Shown piece after piece: positions 11,378-21,925 of a DNA stretch of 50,802 bases. Below the pieces are notes generated by a model. It had not been told where the DNA came from. It searched no databases and saw nothing but the letters and a program-made list of their open reading frames with translations. A program made the translations under genes and the position numbers. Position 1 is the first letter of the stretch; every line of letters starts with the position of its first letter. This DNA is from Elusimicrobiota bacterium (GTDB lineage Bacteria; Elusimicrobiota; Elusimicrobia; UBA1565), in contig JBDREN010000037.1 in the NCBI GenBank assembly GCA_043819795.1, positions 1-50,802 of the forward strand, given 5' to 3'.

Positions 11378-11401
11378 CCTCAGTCTGACCCGCTTCCTCT
11401 C
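11378..11401 (+). repeat. 24-bp direct repeat, copy 1
   Basis: CCTCAGTCTGACCCGCTTCCTCTC; 23/24 match to 13528-13551. Confidence 0.85.
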
Positions 11402-11534
11402 AGTGGGGATGCTCCCGTCAGGTAGTAATCCCCCACTCGGTCCACCGAGCCCCGCAGTTCCTCACCCAGATGACAGGAAATATTAATGCTTGTTTTATCA
11501 ACGTTATTTCCATGTGTTTGTCGGGGGCTTGTCC

Positions 11535-11563
11535 TTGACTTGTCAGCGGATTCAAATCATACT
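11535..11563 (+). promoter_or_regulatory. putative sigma70 promoter of the RCC1-repeat gene
   Basis: TTGACT-17-CATACT upstream of a GGAGGAG RBS. Confidence 0.55.
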
Positions 11564-11603
11564 AACGGCGACAGGCCGGAGGGGCTTGGAGGAGGAGAGG
11601 AAA

Positions 11604-12683
11604 ATGAACCGGAGAATGGAGAAATTTGTGGCATTGCTTGGTTTGCCGGTCTTGGTCTGCTTGCTGAGCGCTGGAATGGCGAGAGCTGAAGGTGGTGTTT
11701 GTGCAGAGAACCCCAGCGGGCTTACGGGTATAGCGGCCGGAAATTTCTATACCTGCATTCTCAAATCAAACGGCAATGTCGATTGTGATGGATATGATTT
11801 CCTCGGCAACGCAGAAGATTACTCCGGAGGAGATGCCGTGGGCGTGGCGACCAACCAGTATCATTCCTGTATTCTCAGATCAAACGGCGATGTCGATTGT
11901 CGGGGCTATAATGGTCTCGGCCAAGCGGAAGATTACTGCGGAGGAGACGCCGTAGGCGTGGCAGTCGGAGTGGCACATACCTGTATCCTCAAATCAGACG
12001 GCAATGTCGACTGTTATGGACAGGATAACTTTGGCGGCACGACAGATTACTCCGGAGGCGATGCGGTAGGAGTGGCGGCCGGAGGAGGGCATACCTGTAT
12101 CCTCAAATCGGACGGCAATGTCGATTGTTATGGAAGTTATAATTTTGGCCAAGCGGAAGATTACTCCGGAGGCGATGCGGTGGGAGTGTCAGCCGGCTAT
12201 GTTCATACCTGCATTCTCAAGACAGATGGCAATGTCGATTGTTATGGAAAGAATCAATATGGCCAAGCGAATGATTATCTCGGAGGAGATGCGGTGGGAG
12301 TGGCGGCCGGATACTATCATACCTGTATTCTCAAATCAGACGGCAATGTCGATTGTTATGGATGGAATTCGTATGGCCAGGCAGAAGATTACTTTGGAGG
12401 AGACGCGATCGGAGTGGGCGCCGGACATGCTCATAACTGCATTCTCAAAGCAGACGGCAATGTCGATTGTTATGGAACTAATTATTATGGCGAGGGGGAA
12501 GATTACTTCGGAGGAGATGCAATCTGTCTTTCTGGTGATACCGATGGCGTGGGAGACGCCTGCGATCTGGCCCCCGGGCTGGAGGAGACCCCTTCCGGTT
12601 TCGGCAAGGGCGAGAAACAAGGCTGGGAAGACAGCCGCCCGCCCGGCTTCGAGAAGGGAAAGAAGGAAGGCTGGCTAAAATAG
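11604..12683 (+). CDS. secreted RCC1/BLIP-II-like repeat protein (7 x 38 aa, probable beta-propeller)
   Basis: RBS and signal peptide; repeats GDAVGVAAGxxHTCILKSDGNVDCYGxxxxGQAEDY; DTDGVGDACD motif; C-terminal PxGFxKGxKxGW twice; lower GC than the flanks. Confidence 0.85.
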   Translation: MNRRMEKFVALLGLPVLVCLLSAGMARAEGGVCAENPSGLTGIAAGNFYTCILKSNGNVDCDGYDFLGNAEDYSGGDAVGVATNQYHSCILRSNGDVDCRGYNGLGQAEDYCGGDAVGVAVGVAHTCILKSDGNVDCYGQDNFGGTTDYSGGDAVGVAAGGGHTCILKSDGNVDCYGSYNFGQAEDYSGGDAVGVSAGYVHTCILKTDGNVDCYGKNQYGQANDYLGGDAVGVAAGYYHTCILKSDGNVDCYGWNSYGQAEDYFGGDAIGVGAGHAHNCILKADGNVDCYGTNYYGEGEDYFGGDAICLSGDTDGVGDACDLAPGLEETPSGFGKGEKQGWEDSRPPGFEKGKKEGWLK

Positions 12684-12987
12684 GTCCGTTCCGTCCACAG
12701 TGTGTTAGCGAGGGGGCGTTTCTTCGGGCGCGTCTGTTAGCGGAGCCATTCCCATCCCGAGGAACCTAGCCAGTCTCACCTCGTCGGACTTCCCCAAGCG
12801 CTTCCCCAACGTAGACCCCGCCATCCACCGCCAGATCATCGAGCAGGCCCTCCGCACCGGCAAGGATATTCCTCCGGCTGTGGCCGAGGAGCATTTTCCG
12901 GCCGCTGATAGACAAGAAACCTGTTACCCTATGTTGATGGGACTTCATCTCTGGAGGAGTAGGGAAGCGTCCGGATAGAGGCGGTAA

Positions 12988-13434
12988 ATGACCAAGCGCA
13001 GACTCTCCAAGCAGCAGAAGAAGCTCGTCCGAGCCCGGCTCAGGAACCCCACGGCTTCTCTGACGGAGATTGGCATACAAGCTGCATACAAACAGCCCCG
13101 CCAATCAGCCTATCGCGCGCTAAGAAATCCCCACGTCCAGGCCGAACTCCGGGCCATGATGGCCACGCGGCCCAAGCTCAGAGATGAGAGGCTCTTGGAG
13201 AAGCTCGAGCAGGGCTTGGAGGCCAAAGAAATGAAGTTCTTCCAGAGGGCCGGCAAGGTGACAGAGACGCGCGAGGTTGTCGCGTGGGGAGAGCGCCGGG
13301 CTCATCTCGAGCTGGCCCTGAAGCTCAAGGGCCACTGGCGCGGCGACACCGAGCCCCCAGCGCCCGAGGCCTCCGCGGCCGTGCTGGTCCAGATCATCAA
13401 AGAGGAGAGTGCCAAGCGGGGGCTTCCGGTCTAG
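12988..13434 (+). CDS. phage terminase small subunit-like protein
   Basis: HTH-like N-terminus (IGIQAAYKQPRQSAYRALRNPHVQAEL) and RRAHLELALKLKG motif; GAGG RBS. Confidence 0.6.
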   Translation: MTKRRLSKQQKKLVRARLRNPTASLTEIGIQAAYKQPRQSAYRALRNPHVQAELRAMMATRPKLRDERLLEKLEQGLEAKEMKFFQRAGKVTETREVVAWGERRAHLELALKLKGHWRGDTEPPAPEASAAVLVQIIKEESAKRGLPV

Positions 13435-13527
13435 GGGAGCGGGTCGGGGCTGGGGGCCGGCTCCAGGGGGCTATGAGTACGCAAAACAGCATTATCATAC
13501 TCATGATAATGCGCCATCAGCCGCCGT

Positions 13528-13551
13528 CCTCAGCCTGACCCGCTTCCTCTC
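13528..13551 (+). repeat. 24-bp direct repeat, copy 2
   Basis: CCTCAGCCTGACCCGCTTCCTCTC. Confidence 0.85.
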
Positions 13552-13655
13552 GTTGCTGAGCACGCTACTCTGGTCCGGGCTAGCGCAATTCGCTGACAGT
13601 ATTTTTTGCGCTTATTCCATAATCGCTTTTTCTGCATCAAAGTCAGCCGCTGTCC

Positions 13656-14438
<783 letters not shown>

Positions 14439-14666
14439 CGCTAACACGGCATTCGCGGACACTACTGCTTCAGAGCTTTCGGCAAGCTGAGGGACGACAG
14501 GCGAACCGCCGCCAAACACTTCCCCCGCAATTTGTTTAGTCGGGGGGTTCTGCTGCGGCCCTTCTTCGATTGAGCGGAGCGATCTGTCGTGGTTTCAGGC
14601 GGGTCAGCTGAACAAAATGCTGATTTTGTTCAGCCTGGGACGACACTCTCCCTGGCTTGTTCGCTA

Positions 14667-14829
14667 GCAGCCCGTGGCAAAAGTCTTCCGGGGCCTGCAA
14701 TCGCCTGGATGCGGCCTGCGCCTGCGTTGCTCCTCGGTCACATCCCGTCGAGGGATGCTCCCTCGTCGCGCCTTGGCTCGGCTCGCTCCAGGCGATTTCG
14801 CCATCCGAAATACTTTTGCCACGGGCTGC
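14667..14829 (+). mobile_element. MITE-like element family A, copy 2 (inverted relative to copy 1)
   Basis: Same 18-bp TIRs, preceded by CTA. Confidence 0.85.
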
Positions 14830-14953
14830 AAGAACGGCGCGCTCACTCCATCCTCTCTTTAAAGGTATAATGTGGCGGCGCGGGTCGGCGGCCCGCTTCC
14901 CGGCGGACTCCGGCGGGGAATCCGCCGTCGATATCGACCGCGCCGAGGTGCCC

Positions 14954-16036
14954 ATGGCGATCAAGGAGAAAAAGGCCAAGATCAAGAGGCTGCGGGGTGA
15001 GATCGACCGCCTCGACCGGCAGTTCGTCGGCCTCCTGGAGAAGAGGGTCCGCCTTGCCTCCGCGATCGGGACGCTGAAGGACCGGGGCGGAGCCGCCATC
15101 CACGCCCCGGAGCGCGAGCAGCAGATCTACTCCCAGCTGGCCAGGTTCAAGTCGAAGGTGTTCCGCGCGGAAGACCTGAAGGCCGTCTTCCGGGAGATCA
15201 TCCATCTCTGCCGGTCCACCCAGAAGGAGTTCGGCATCGCCTACCTCGGCCCGGAGGCCACCTTCACCCACCAGGTCGCCCTGCGGGGCTTCGGGCGGGC
15301 GGCGAAGTACGCGCCGTGCCGGTCGATCCCCGAGGTATTCAAGTCCGTCGAGAAGGGCCTCGTGGACTACGGGGTCGTGCCGATCGAGAACTCGCTCGAG
15401 GGCGTCGTCCACGAGACGGTGGACATGTTCAACGTCTCGGAGGTCCAGATCGCAGCGGAGTACGTCCAGGAGATCTCGCACCACCTGCTCTCCACCTCCG
15501 GGGACCTCAAGAAGATCGAGTCCGTCTACTCCCATCCCCAGGCGCTCGCTCAGTGCCGCAAGTGGCTCGACAAGAATCTGCCCGGCGTGCCCACCTACCC
15601 CACGACGTCCACCGCGGACGCCGCCATGCAGGCGGCCGTGGACGTGAAGGCCGGCGCGATCGCCTCCCTGTTCGCCCAGGAGCTCTACCACCTGAAGGTC
15701 GCGGCCTCCCGTATCGAGGATTTCTCGCAGAACCTGACGCGCTTCGTGGCGCTCGGTCTCAAGACGCCCCCCAAGACGGGGGCGGACAAGACCTCGCTTT
15801 TGTGCGTGATCAAGGACCGGGCGGGCGCGCTCTACGAGGCCCTGGAAGGCTTTAAGAGGAACGGCATCAACCTGACAAAGATCGAATCGCGGCCGAGCAA
15901 GACCAAGCCGTGGGAGTATATCTTCTTCGTGGAGTTCCTGGGCTACGCGACGGACGCGCCCGTGAAGAAGGCCCTGCGGCATCTGAGCCAGAGGAGCGCG
16001 CACGTGAAGGTGCTGGGGAGCTACCCGAAAGCGTGA
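14954..16036 (+). CDS. pheA: chorismate mutase/prephenate dehydratase
   Basis: N-terminal CM domain; IAYLGPEATFT, VPIENS, SHPQALAQC, NLTRF and LTKIESRP motifs; ACT domain. Confidence 0.97.
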   Translation: MAIKEKKAKIKRLRGEIDRLDRQFVGLLEKRVRLASAIGTLKDRGGAAIHAPEREQQIYSQLARFKSKVFRAEDLKAVFREIIHLCRSTQKEFGIAYLGPEATFTHQVALRGFGRAAKYAPCRSIPEVFKSVEKGLVDYGVVPIENSLEGVVHETVDMFNVSEVQIAAEYVQEISHHLLSTSGDLKKIESVYSHPQALAQCRKWLDKNLPGVPTYPTTSTADAAMQAAVDVKAGAIASLFAQELYHLKVAASRIEDFSQNLTRFVALGLKTPPKTGADKTSLLCVIKDRAGALYEALEGFKRNGINLTKIESRPSKTKPWEYIFFVEFLGYATDAPVKKALRHLSQRSAHVKVLGSYPKA

Positions 16037-16068
16037 CGGCCGCGGCCTCCGGGTCCACGATCCGGACC

Positions 16069-16380
16069 AGGAGTGCGAGCAATTAGTGGCATACACCTGC
16101 GAGGCCCGATGCTGAGACAATTTCTAGGCGCGACGAGGGCGCATAGCTTAAGCTATGCAACCGAGGAGCAACGACGAAATTAGCCGGGATCGGGCCTCCC
16201 TCAAAGGAGAAATGATGCATATTTCCGAAACGTTTTCCTTCCCAATCAGGGCCGCGCGCTATTGGGCTACGCCTGCGCGCTGCTCGGCTTACATACCTAC
16301 GGGTATGCGCGCCTCGCATCGCTTTGGCTCGCTCCAATATCGCGCGGCGCAGATGTATGCCACTAATTACTCGCACTCCT
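16069..16380. mobile_element. MITE-like element family B
   Basis: ~33-bp TIRs AGGAGTGCGAGCAATTAGTGGCATACACCTGCG / CGCAGATGTATGCCACTAATTACTCGCACTCCT (2 mismatches); lower GC; intergenic between pheA and aroF. Confidence 0.85.
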
Positions 16381-16391
16381 AGGGAGAATCC

Positions 16392-17405
16392 ATGATCCTG
16401 ACGCTCAAGAGCGGAGTCAACAAGAAGGGGATCGACGACGTCCTCAGGAAGATCAAGAAGCTCAAGCTCAAGGCCCATCTTTCCCGGGGCGCCGAGAAGG
16501 TCATCATCGGCGTCATCGGGCCCAACGCCGCCGTCCACCGGTCCCAGTTCGAGGGGATCGACGAGATCGAGATCGTCACGGCCATCTCCAAGCCCTACAA
16601 GCTCGTCAGCCGCGAGTTCAAGAAGGCCGATACGGTCATCGACGTGCGGGGCGTCAAGATAGGCGGCCCGGCGCTCGTGGTGATCGCCGGCCCTTGCTCC
16701 GTCGAAAAGAAGGAGAGCCTGTTCGAGATCGCCAACTCCGTGAAGCGGGCCGGCGCTCGCGTCCTGCGGGGCGGCGCTTTCAAGCCCCGGACCAGCCCGT
16801 ATCAGTTCCAGGGCCTGGGTCATAAGGCCCTCCGCTGGATGAAGGAGGCGCGCGCGATGACCGGGCTGCCCTTCATCACCGAGGCCCTGGACCCGCGCCA
16901 CGTGCGCTCCATCGCCGCCTACGCGGACATCATCCAGATCGGCGCGCGCAACGCGCAGAACACCTTCCTTCTCAAGGAGGTCGGGAAGGCGAAGAAGCCG
17001 GTCATGCTCAAGCGCGGGATGGCCATGAAGATCGAGGAGTGGCTCCTGGCCGCGGAGTACATCGCCTCGCAGGGCAACCAGCGCATCATCCTCTGCGAGA
17101 GGGGCATCCGGAGCTTTGACAGCTCCACCCGCTTCACGCTGGACCTGACCGCCGTGCCCCTTCTCAAGAAGCTCACTCATCTGCCCGTGTTCGTGGACCC
17201 GTCCCACGGGGTCGGCGTGCGGGACCTGATCCCGGCCATGTCGAGGGCCGCGATCGCCGCGGGCGCGGACGGGCTGATCGTCGAGGTCCACGACAGCCCG
17301 ACGGAGGCCTTGTCGGACGGCGCCCAGGCGCTGCTTCCCTCCCAGTTCGCCCTCATGGTCGACGACCTGAGGAGGGTGGCGGGCGCCCTGGGCCGGAGTC
17401 TGTGA
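16392..17405 (+). CDS. aroF: DAHP synthase, type I-beta
   Basis: IAGPCSVE, LRGGAFKPRTSPY, QIGARN, LKRG, CERGIR and VDPSH motifs. Confidence 0.97.
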   Translation: MILTLKSGVNKKGIDDVLRKIKKLKLKAHLSRGAEKVIIGVIGPNAAVHRSQFEGIDEIEIVTAISKPYKLVSREFKKADTVIDVRGVKIGGPALVVIAGPCSVEKKESLFEIANSVKRAGARVLRGGAFKPRTSPYQFQGLGHKALRWMKEARAMTGLPFITEALDPRHVRSIAAYADIIQIGARNAQNTFLLKEVGKAKKPVMLKRGMAMKIEEWLLAAEYIASQGNQRIILCERGIRSFDSSTRFTLDLTAVPLLKKLTHLPVFVDPSHGVGVRDLIPAMSRAAIAAGADGLIVEVHDSPTEALSDGAQALLPSQFALMVDDLRRVAGALGRSL

Positions 17406-18301
17406 CTCCGCCCGGCATGCTCCCCCCGATCCGGGTCAGCATCGTCGGCGTCGGACTGATCGGCGGGTCTTTGGGCGCCGCCCTGAGAAAGGTCCGTTCG
17501 CGCTCGGGAGGACGAAGATACCGCGTCGCGGGGATCGACTCCGACGCCCGCGCCGTGATCCTCGCGAAAAAAAGGGGCTGCGTCGACGCGGGCGGCTCCC
17601 GGCCGACGACCGCGCTCCTGCGGGCCGATATCGTCGTGCTGGCCACTCCTCCCCGGGCGGCCGTCGCCCTTCTGCGCGGAATATGGAGCCGGGTCTCCCC
17701 GGGCGCGGTGATCACGGACGTCGCCAGCGTCAAGAAGGGCGTCATGGACGCGGCGCGGGGGCTGGCTCTGGCGGACCGTAGAGCCGTAAGCCCCTGCTTC
17801 ATCGGAGGGCATCCGATCGCGGGTTCCGAGAAGGCCGGGGCGCCGCACGCCCGCGCCGATCTGTTCTCGGGCGCATGGTGCGCGCTTTTCGCCGCGGGCG
17901 TCCGGCGGGGTCGCGTCGCCCCCCGGGCGAAGGCCGCGGTCGAGCGTCTGTGGAAGGATGTCGGCGCCCGTCCGCTGTGGATGACGCCGGAGGAGCACGA
18001 CGAGATCGTCGCGTGGACCAGCCACCTGCCCCATCTGCTGGCCTCCGCCTATATGCTCTCTTTGAGGCGTCTCGCCGGGAGACGGACGCGGGCCGGGAGG
18101 CTGACGGGGAACGCCTTCCGGGACTTCACCCGTATCGCCGCGTCCGAGCCCCGGCTGTGGTCGGAGATCTGCGCCTGCAACGGGGCCAACCTGAAGCCGG
18201 CGATCCGGGAGTTCTCCGCGACGATGGATGCTTTCCGGAAGAAGGGCTTCCCGTCCGGGATGTTCCGCCGGGCCCGCCGGGTGCGGGACGCGCTGAGCTA
18301 A
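17402..18301 (+). CDS. tyrA: prephenate/arogenate dehydrogenase
   Basis: GVGLIGGS, TDVASVK, GGHPIAGSEK, EHDEIVAWTSHLPH and FRDFTRIA motifs. Confidence 0.93.
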   Translation: MTPPGMLPPIRVSIVGVGLIGGSLGAALRKVRSRSGGRRYRVAGIDSDARAVILAKKRGCVDAGGSRPTTALLRADIVVLATPPRAAVALLRGIWSRVSPGAVITDVASVKKGVMDAARGLALADRRAVSPCFIGGHPIAGSEKAGAPHARADLFSGAWCALFAAGVRRGRVAPRAKAAVERLWKDVGARPLWMTPEEHDEIVAWTSHLPHLLASAYMLSLRRLAGRRTRAGRLTGNAFRDFTRIAASEPRLWSEICACNGANLKPAIREFSATMDAFRKKGFPSGMFRRARRVRDALS

Positions 18302-18326
18302 TAGCGCCGGAAATCTGCCTGCGGCG

Positions 18327-19133
18327 CTAGTCGACGGGCACGGCGCGGACCGCGGGGGCGCAGAGCAGTCCAGCCTCCCTCTTAAACCTTTCCAAGACCC
18401 GCGGATCCGAGAGCAGCGGCAGGTACGTCGGGTCGATGGCGTGGCGGGCGAAGTGGTCGACGGTCGCCGCCGCCTCCCGGTTGGGAAGCAGCCCGAAGGG
18501 CACCTGACCGAACGCGAGCTTCGGCAGGTCCTTCAGGGTCCGCTCTCCGGAGGCCCAGGCGTCCACCCATGTCACGGACCTCGACCTGAGGCCGCCGACC
18601 GTGGCCGCCCAGTAGGCCCCCATCAGCGTCGCGCCGTAGTCGTCGAGGTCGAATGCGTTGCCCGGCTCGCCCGCGTTCTGCCGCTCTCTTTCGTAGGCGG
18701 CCCGCTTGGCCAACGGCATCCCGAACTGTCCCGCCAGGTATCCCCCGTAGATGAAGTGCAGAGCCAGGTCGCCGCGGCCCTGGAAGGCGGGCTGGCCGCC
18801 GTTGCGGGTCCATTGGATCAGCCCGAGGAACAGGCTCGAGACCTCCAGCCTCTGCCGGACCGGGTTGCCGCGCGCCCGGCTGCGGAGCAGGGCGGTGAGT
18901 TGGACGAACGCCGAGGAGAAATCCTCGCCTTGCGACTGCAGGCGCCGCGCGAGGTCGCGGTAGACACGGAAATGGAGGGATTTCGTCTCGTAGCGGGCCG
19001 ACTGCCAATCCACGTTAAGCCCCGCGATGGCCGGCTGCGGGACCGCGTTCTCGGACGCGTTCAGCGAGGCGGCGGGGGATAGAAGCGGCAGCGCCATAAG
19101 GAAACACCCGATCCATGCTCTTGGAGCCGGCAT
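18327..19133 (-). CDS. hypothetical protein, probably secreted
   Basis: Long ORF with protein-like composition and a signal-like N-terminus; start uncertain. Confidence 0.65.
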   Translation of the reverse strand: MPAPRAWIGCFLMALPLLSPAASLNASENAVPQPAIAGLNVDWQSARYETKSLHFRVYRDLARRLQSQGEDFSSAFVQLTALLRSRARGNPVRQRLEVSSLFLGLIQWTRNGGQPAFQGRGDLALHFIYGGYLAGQFGMPLAKRAAYERERQNAGEPGNAFDLDDYGATLMGAYWAATVGGLRSRSVTWVDAWASGERTLKDLPKLAFGQVPFGLLPNREAAATVDHFARHAIDPTYLPLLSDPRVLERFKREAGLLCAPAVRAVPVD

Positions 19134-19305
19134 GAGAGAAACCCTCCGATAAAAGGGCGAAATAACCATCCGTCAGTAGGTATTGTACCGAGAGGAGGCG
19201 GGTGAAGGGCGGGCCGATCGGGCCCTCGGGCTCGCGCTATGGGGCCCTCGCCGATCCGGGTCCAAGGGCCTACCGGCGGATCGCGCGGATCGGCCCGGAA
19301 AACGG

Positions 19306-19338
19306 CCAGCCCGGTCCGCTGAGGACCGGGCTGGTTTT
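19306..19338. terminator. GC hairpin, probable terminator downstream of regulator 1
   Basis: 12-bp stem CCAGCCCGGTCC/GGACCGGGCTGG with flanking A/T runs. Confidence 0.5.
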
Positions 19339-19387
19339 CCCCCCGCTTGTCCGGGATCTACGGTGATCCCGGGCCGAAGAGGGACCG

Positions 19388-20077
19388 TCAGGTGCCGATC
19401 TGGTAGCCTCCAGGCACCGTCAGGATGATACTCTCCCCTTCAGGTCCGAGGTCGCTCCTCAGTCTCTCGACGGCCTTCTCGATGATGTTCTTGTTCTCCG
19501 CGCCCGTGGCGTGCATCAACTCGCGCTTGGAGACCGCTCCGGGCCTGGAGAGCATCACGCAGAGGAGGTCGTAGCGAGAAGGCGGTATCTTCCCGATCGT
19601 ACGTCCTTTCACGTTGACCCTGCGGGCCTTCAGATCCACGCGCACGGGGCCGCGCTTGATGACCCCGGTCTGGTGAATGCGCCGCTGATCCTGAGTGTGG
19701 ATCGACAGCGCGCAGTCGACGGCTTCACTCAGCCGTTCCGGCGCGACGGGCTTTTTGAGCAACGATACGGCTCCCAGCGCCAGGACCGCGGTCTTGAGGA
19801 CCTGTGAGCTGTCCTCCAGCCCGGTCATGACGATGACCGGGATCCATCTCGCCTTCTGGTGGGCCTGGATGGCCCTGAATACCTCGACACCGTTGATGTC
19901 CGGCAGCACCATGTCCAGCAGGATGAGATCGGGGAGCAGGGTCTGCGACTTGTGCGTTCCCTCCCTCCCGGACACGGCCGAGAACACCTGGTACCCCTGC
20001 GACGTCAGGCAGAACCGTATCAGCGACTGTATCTGCTCGTCGTCGTCGATGACCAGGATTCGGCACGGGCTGGTCAA
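19388..20077 (-). CDS. response regulator (REC + OmpR-like wHTH), paralog 1, 229 aa
   Basis: ILVIDDD, PDLILLDMVLPD, VMTG and KKP motifs; TTG start after an AGGAGGTG RBS. Confidence 0.9.
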   Translation of the reverse strand: MTSPCRILVIDDDEQIQSLIRFCLTSQGYQVFSAVSGREGTHKSQTLLPDLILLDMVLPDINGVEVFRAIQAHQKARWIPVIVMTGLEDSSQVLKTAVLALGAVSLLKKPVAPERLSEAVDCALSIHTQDQRRIHQTGVIKRGPVRVDLKARRVNVKGRTIGKIPPSRYDLLCVMLSRPGAVSKRELMHATGAENKNIIEKAVERLRSDLGPEGESIILTVPGGYQIGT

Positions 20078-20306
20078 GATCTCACCTCCTTGGTCAGGCT
20101 TTAGTCGGAGACCGTCATTCAATGGTTTAACAGATGCCCCGCGCGCAATCAACGTGATTTCGGTCACAGACCATCGTGATTTTGGTCACACGTCGGCGCG
20201 GCAGGCTAGCCCTGCCGCGCTCCCACCCCCGCGTTATCAGAAACCCATCGCAAGGACGCGTCGCTTTGTGTTCGGTTTCGTGGAATGTGGGAGAGCCGGG
20301 CCGACT

Positions 20307-20996
20307 TCAGACGCTGATCTGGTATCCGCCGGGCACGGTGCGGATGACCCGCTCGCCGTCGGGGCCGAGATCGGTCCTCAGCCTCTGGACCATCTTCTCG
20401 ATGTTGTTGATGTTTTCGGCGCCCGTCGCGTACATCAGCTCGCGTTTGGATACGGCTCCCTGCCTGGCAACCATCACGCACAGCAGATCGTAGCGGGAGG
20501 TGGGGATCTTGCCGACGCTGCGCCCTTGTATGCACACTTCGCGGGACTTCAGATCGATCCTTATGGGTCCGTGCTTAAGGGTCCCGGTCTCGTACATGCG
20601 GCGGGTGTCGTGCGTATGGACCGCGAGCGCGGACGATACGGCCTCGCAAAGCCGCTCCGCGACGAAGGGCTTGCTCATGAAGGCCACCACGCCCAGGGCC
20701 AGGAGGGCGCTCCGGAGGACCTGGGCCTGGTCCTCTAATCCCGTCATCACGACGACCGGTATCCATTTCGCCTTCGGATGGCTCTGGATCAGCCGGAGGA
20801 TCTCGACTCCGTTGAGGTCGTCGAGCACCATGTCCAACAGGACTAGGTCGGGAAGCAGAGTCTGGGCCTTTTGCGATCCTTCCCGTCCGTTCAGGGCGGA
20901 GAATACCTGATAGCCCTGGGAGGTCAGGGCGAAGCGGACGAGTTCCTGGACTTGCTCGTCGTCGTCAATCACTAGGATTCGGTATGGGATGGTCAT
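20307..20996 (-). CDS. response regulator (REC + OmpR-like wHTH), paralog 2, 229 aa
   Basis: Same motifs as paralog 1; ATG at 20996. Confidence 0.9.
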   Translation of the reverse strand: MTIPYRILVIDDDEQVQELVRFALTSQGYQVFSALNGREGSQKAQTLLPDLVLLDMVLDDLNGVEILRLIQSHPKAKWIPVVVMTGLEDQAQVLRSALLALGVVAFMSKPFVAERLCEAVSSALAVHTHDTRRMYETGTLKHGPIRIDLKSREVCIQGRSVGKIPTSRYDLLCVMVARQGAVSKRELMYATGAENINNIEKMVQRLRTDLGPDGERVIRTVPGGYQISV

Positions 20997-21238
20997 GCCT
21001 CGGCGCGTCGTGATTTGTTTCTGTAGCGGGGACTTGGTCCGCATTCAAAGTATAGCGATGGAGCGGCCTCACGAAAATAGGTAAAAGTACTAGATTTGCG
21101 CTAGTTGGTTTTGCCGGTTGGGCGATAGGGGAAACTGCCTACTAGTGTCCCGAGGGGCCGCTTCCGGGACGAGAAGGCAACGGCGGAGGGGGCGACGGCG
21201 GGCGGTCTCGGGCGGGCGTCGTGTCGAGGGAGAGAGCC

Positions 21239-21925
21239 TCAGCCTTGGTGTGCGTTCTTCTCCCACTCGATGGCGAAGCGGAGCAGCTCGCTGGCGTTCT
21301 TCAGGTTCAGCTTCTTCTTGATATGCTCCCGGTGGGCCTCCACCGTCTTGACGCTCATGTGGAGCTTCTCGGCTATCTGGCTCGTGCCGAATCCGTGGCC
21401 GATGAGCTGAAAGACCTCGAGCTCGCGGTTGCCGAGTCGCTCCGTGGGCGAGTCCGAGGGGACGCGCCCGCCGTGGACGAGCTTCTCGAGGATCTTGGCC
21501 GACATCCTCTCGCTGACGTACACGGAGCCCCCCAGGATCTTGCGCAAGGCTTCGACGACGCTCTCGGTGACCTCCTGCTTCATGACGTAGCCGCGCGCTC
21601 CGCACCGGAGCACCCGCTCGGCGTAGAGGGATTCGTCGTGCATCGAGAGGGCCAGCACGGGCAGCCCCTCATGACGCGTCTTGATGGCGCGGATCAGCTC
21701 GATGCCGCTGGAGTTCTTCAGGGAGATGTCCACGATCGCGATATCCGGCTCCAAATCCGCGAGGGCCCTCAGCGCCTGATCGACGTCCTCCGCCTCTCCG
21801 CAGACGACCAGGTCCTGCTCTTGGTTGATGAGCTGCGTCAGTCCGAGGCGGACGATCGGATGATCGTCGACGATAAGGACCCGCCTCTTGCGCATCTCAG
21901 GTTTCCGTTTCTTCTCGTTGGCCAT
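21239..21925 (-). CDS. NarL/LuxR-family response regulator
   Basis: VLIVDDHPIVR, IVDISL and LSMH motifs; C-terminal RELEVFQLIGHG..IAEKLHMSVKTVEAHR. Confidence 0.95.
   Translation of the reverse strand: MANEKKRKPEMRKRRVLIVDDHPIVRLGLTQLINQEQDLVVCGEAEDVDQALRALADLEPDIAIVDISLKNSSGIELIRAIKTRHEGLPVLALSMHDESLYAERVLRCGARGYVMKQEVTESVVEALRKILGGSVYVSERMSAKILEKLVHGGRVPSDSPTERLGNRELEVFQLIGHGFGTSQIAEKLHMSVKTVEAHREHIKKKLNLKNASELLRFAIEWEKNAHQG

Noticed and set aside
11720..12530. Diversity-generating retroelement target
   Set aside because: No reverse transcriptase or template repeat, and the differences are not adenine-specific
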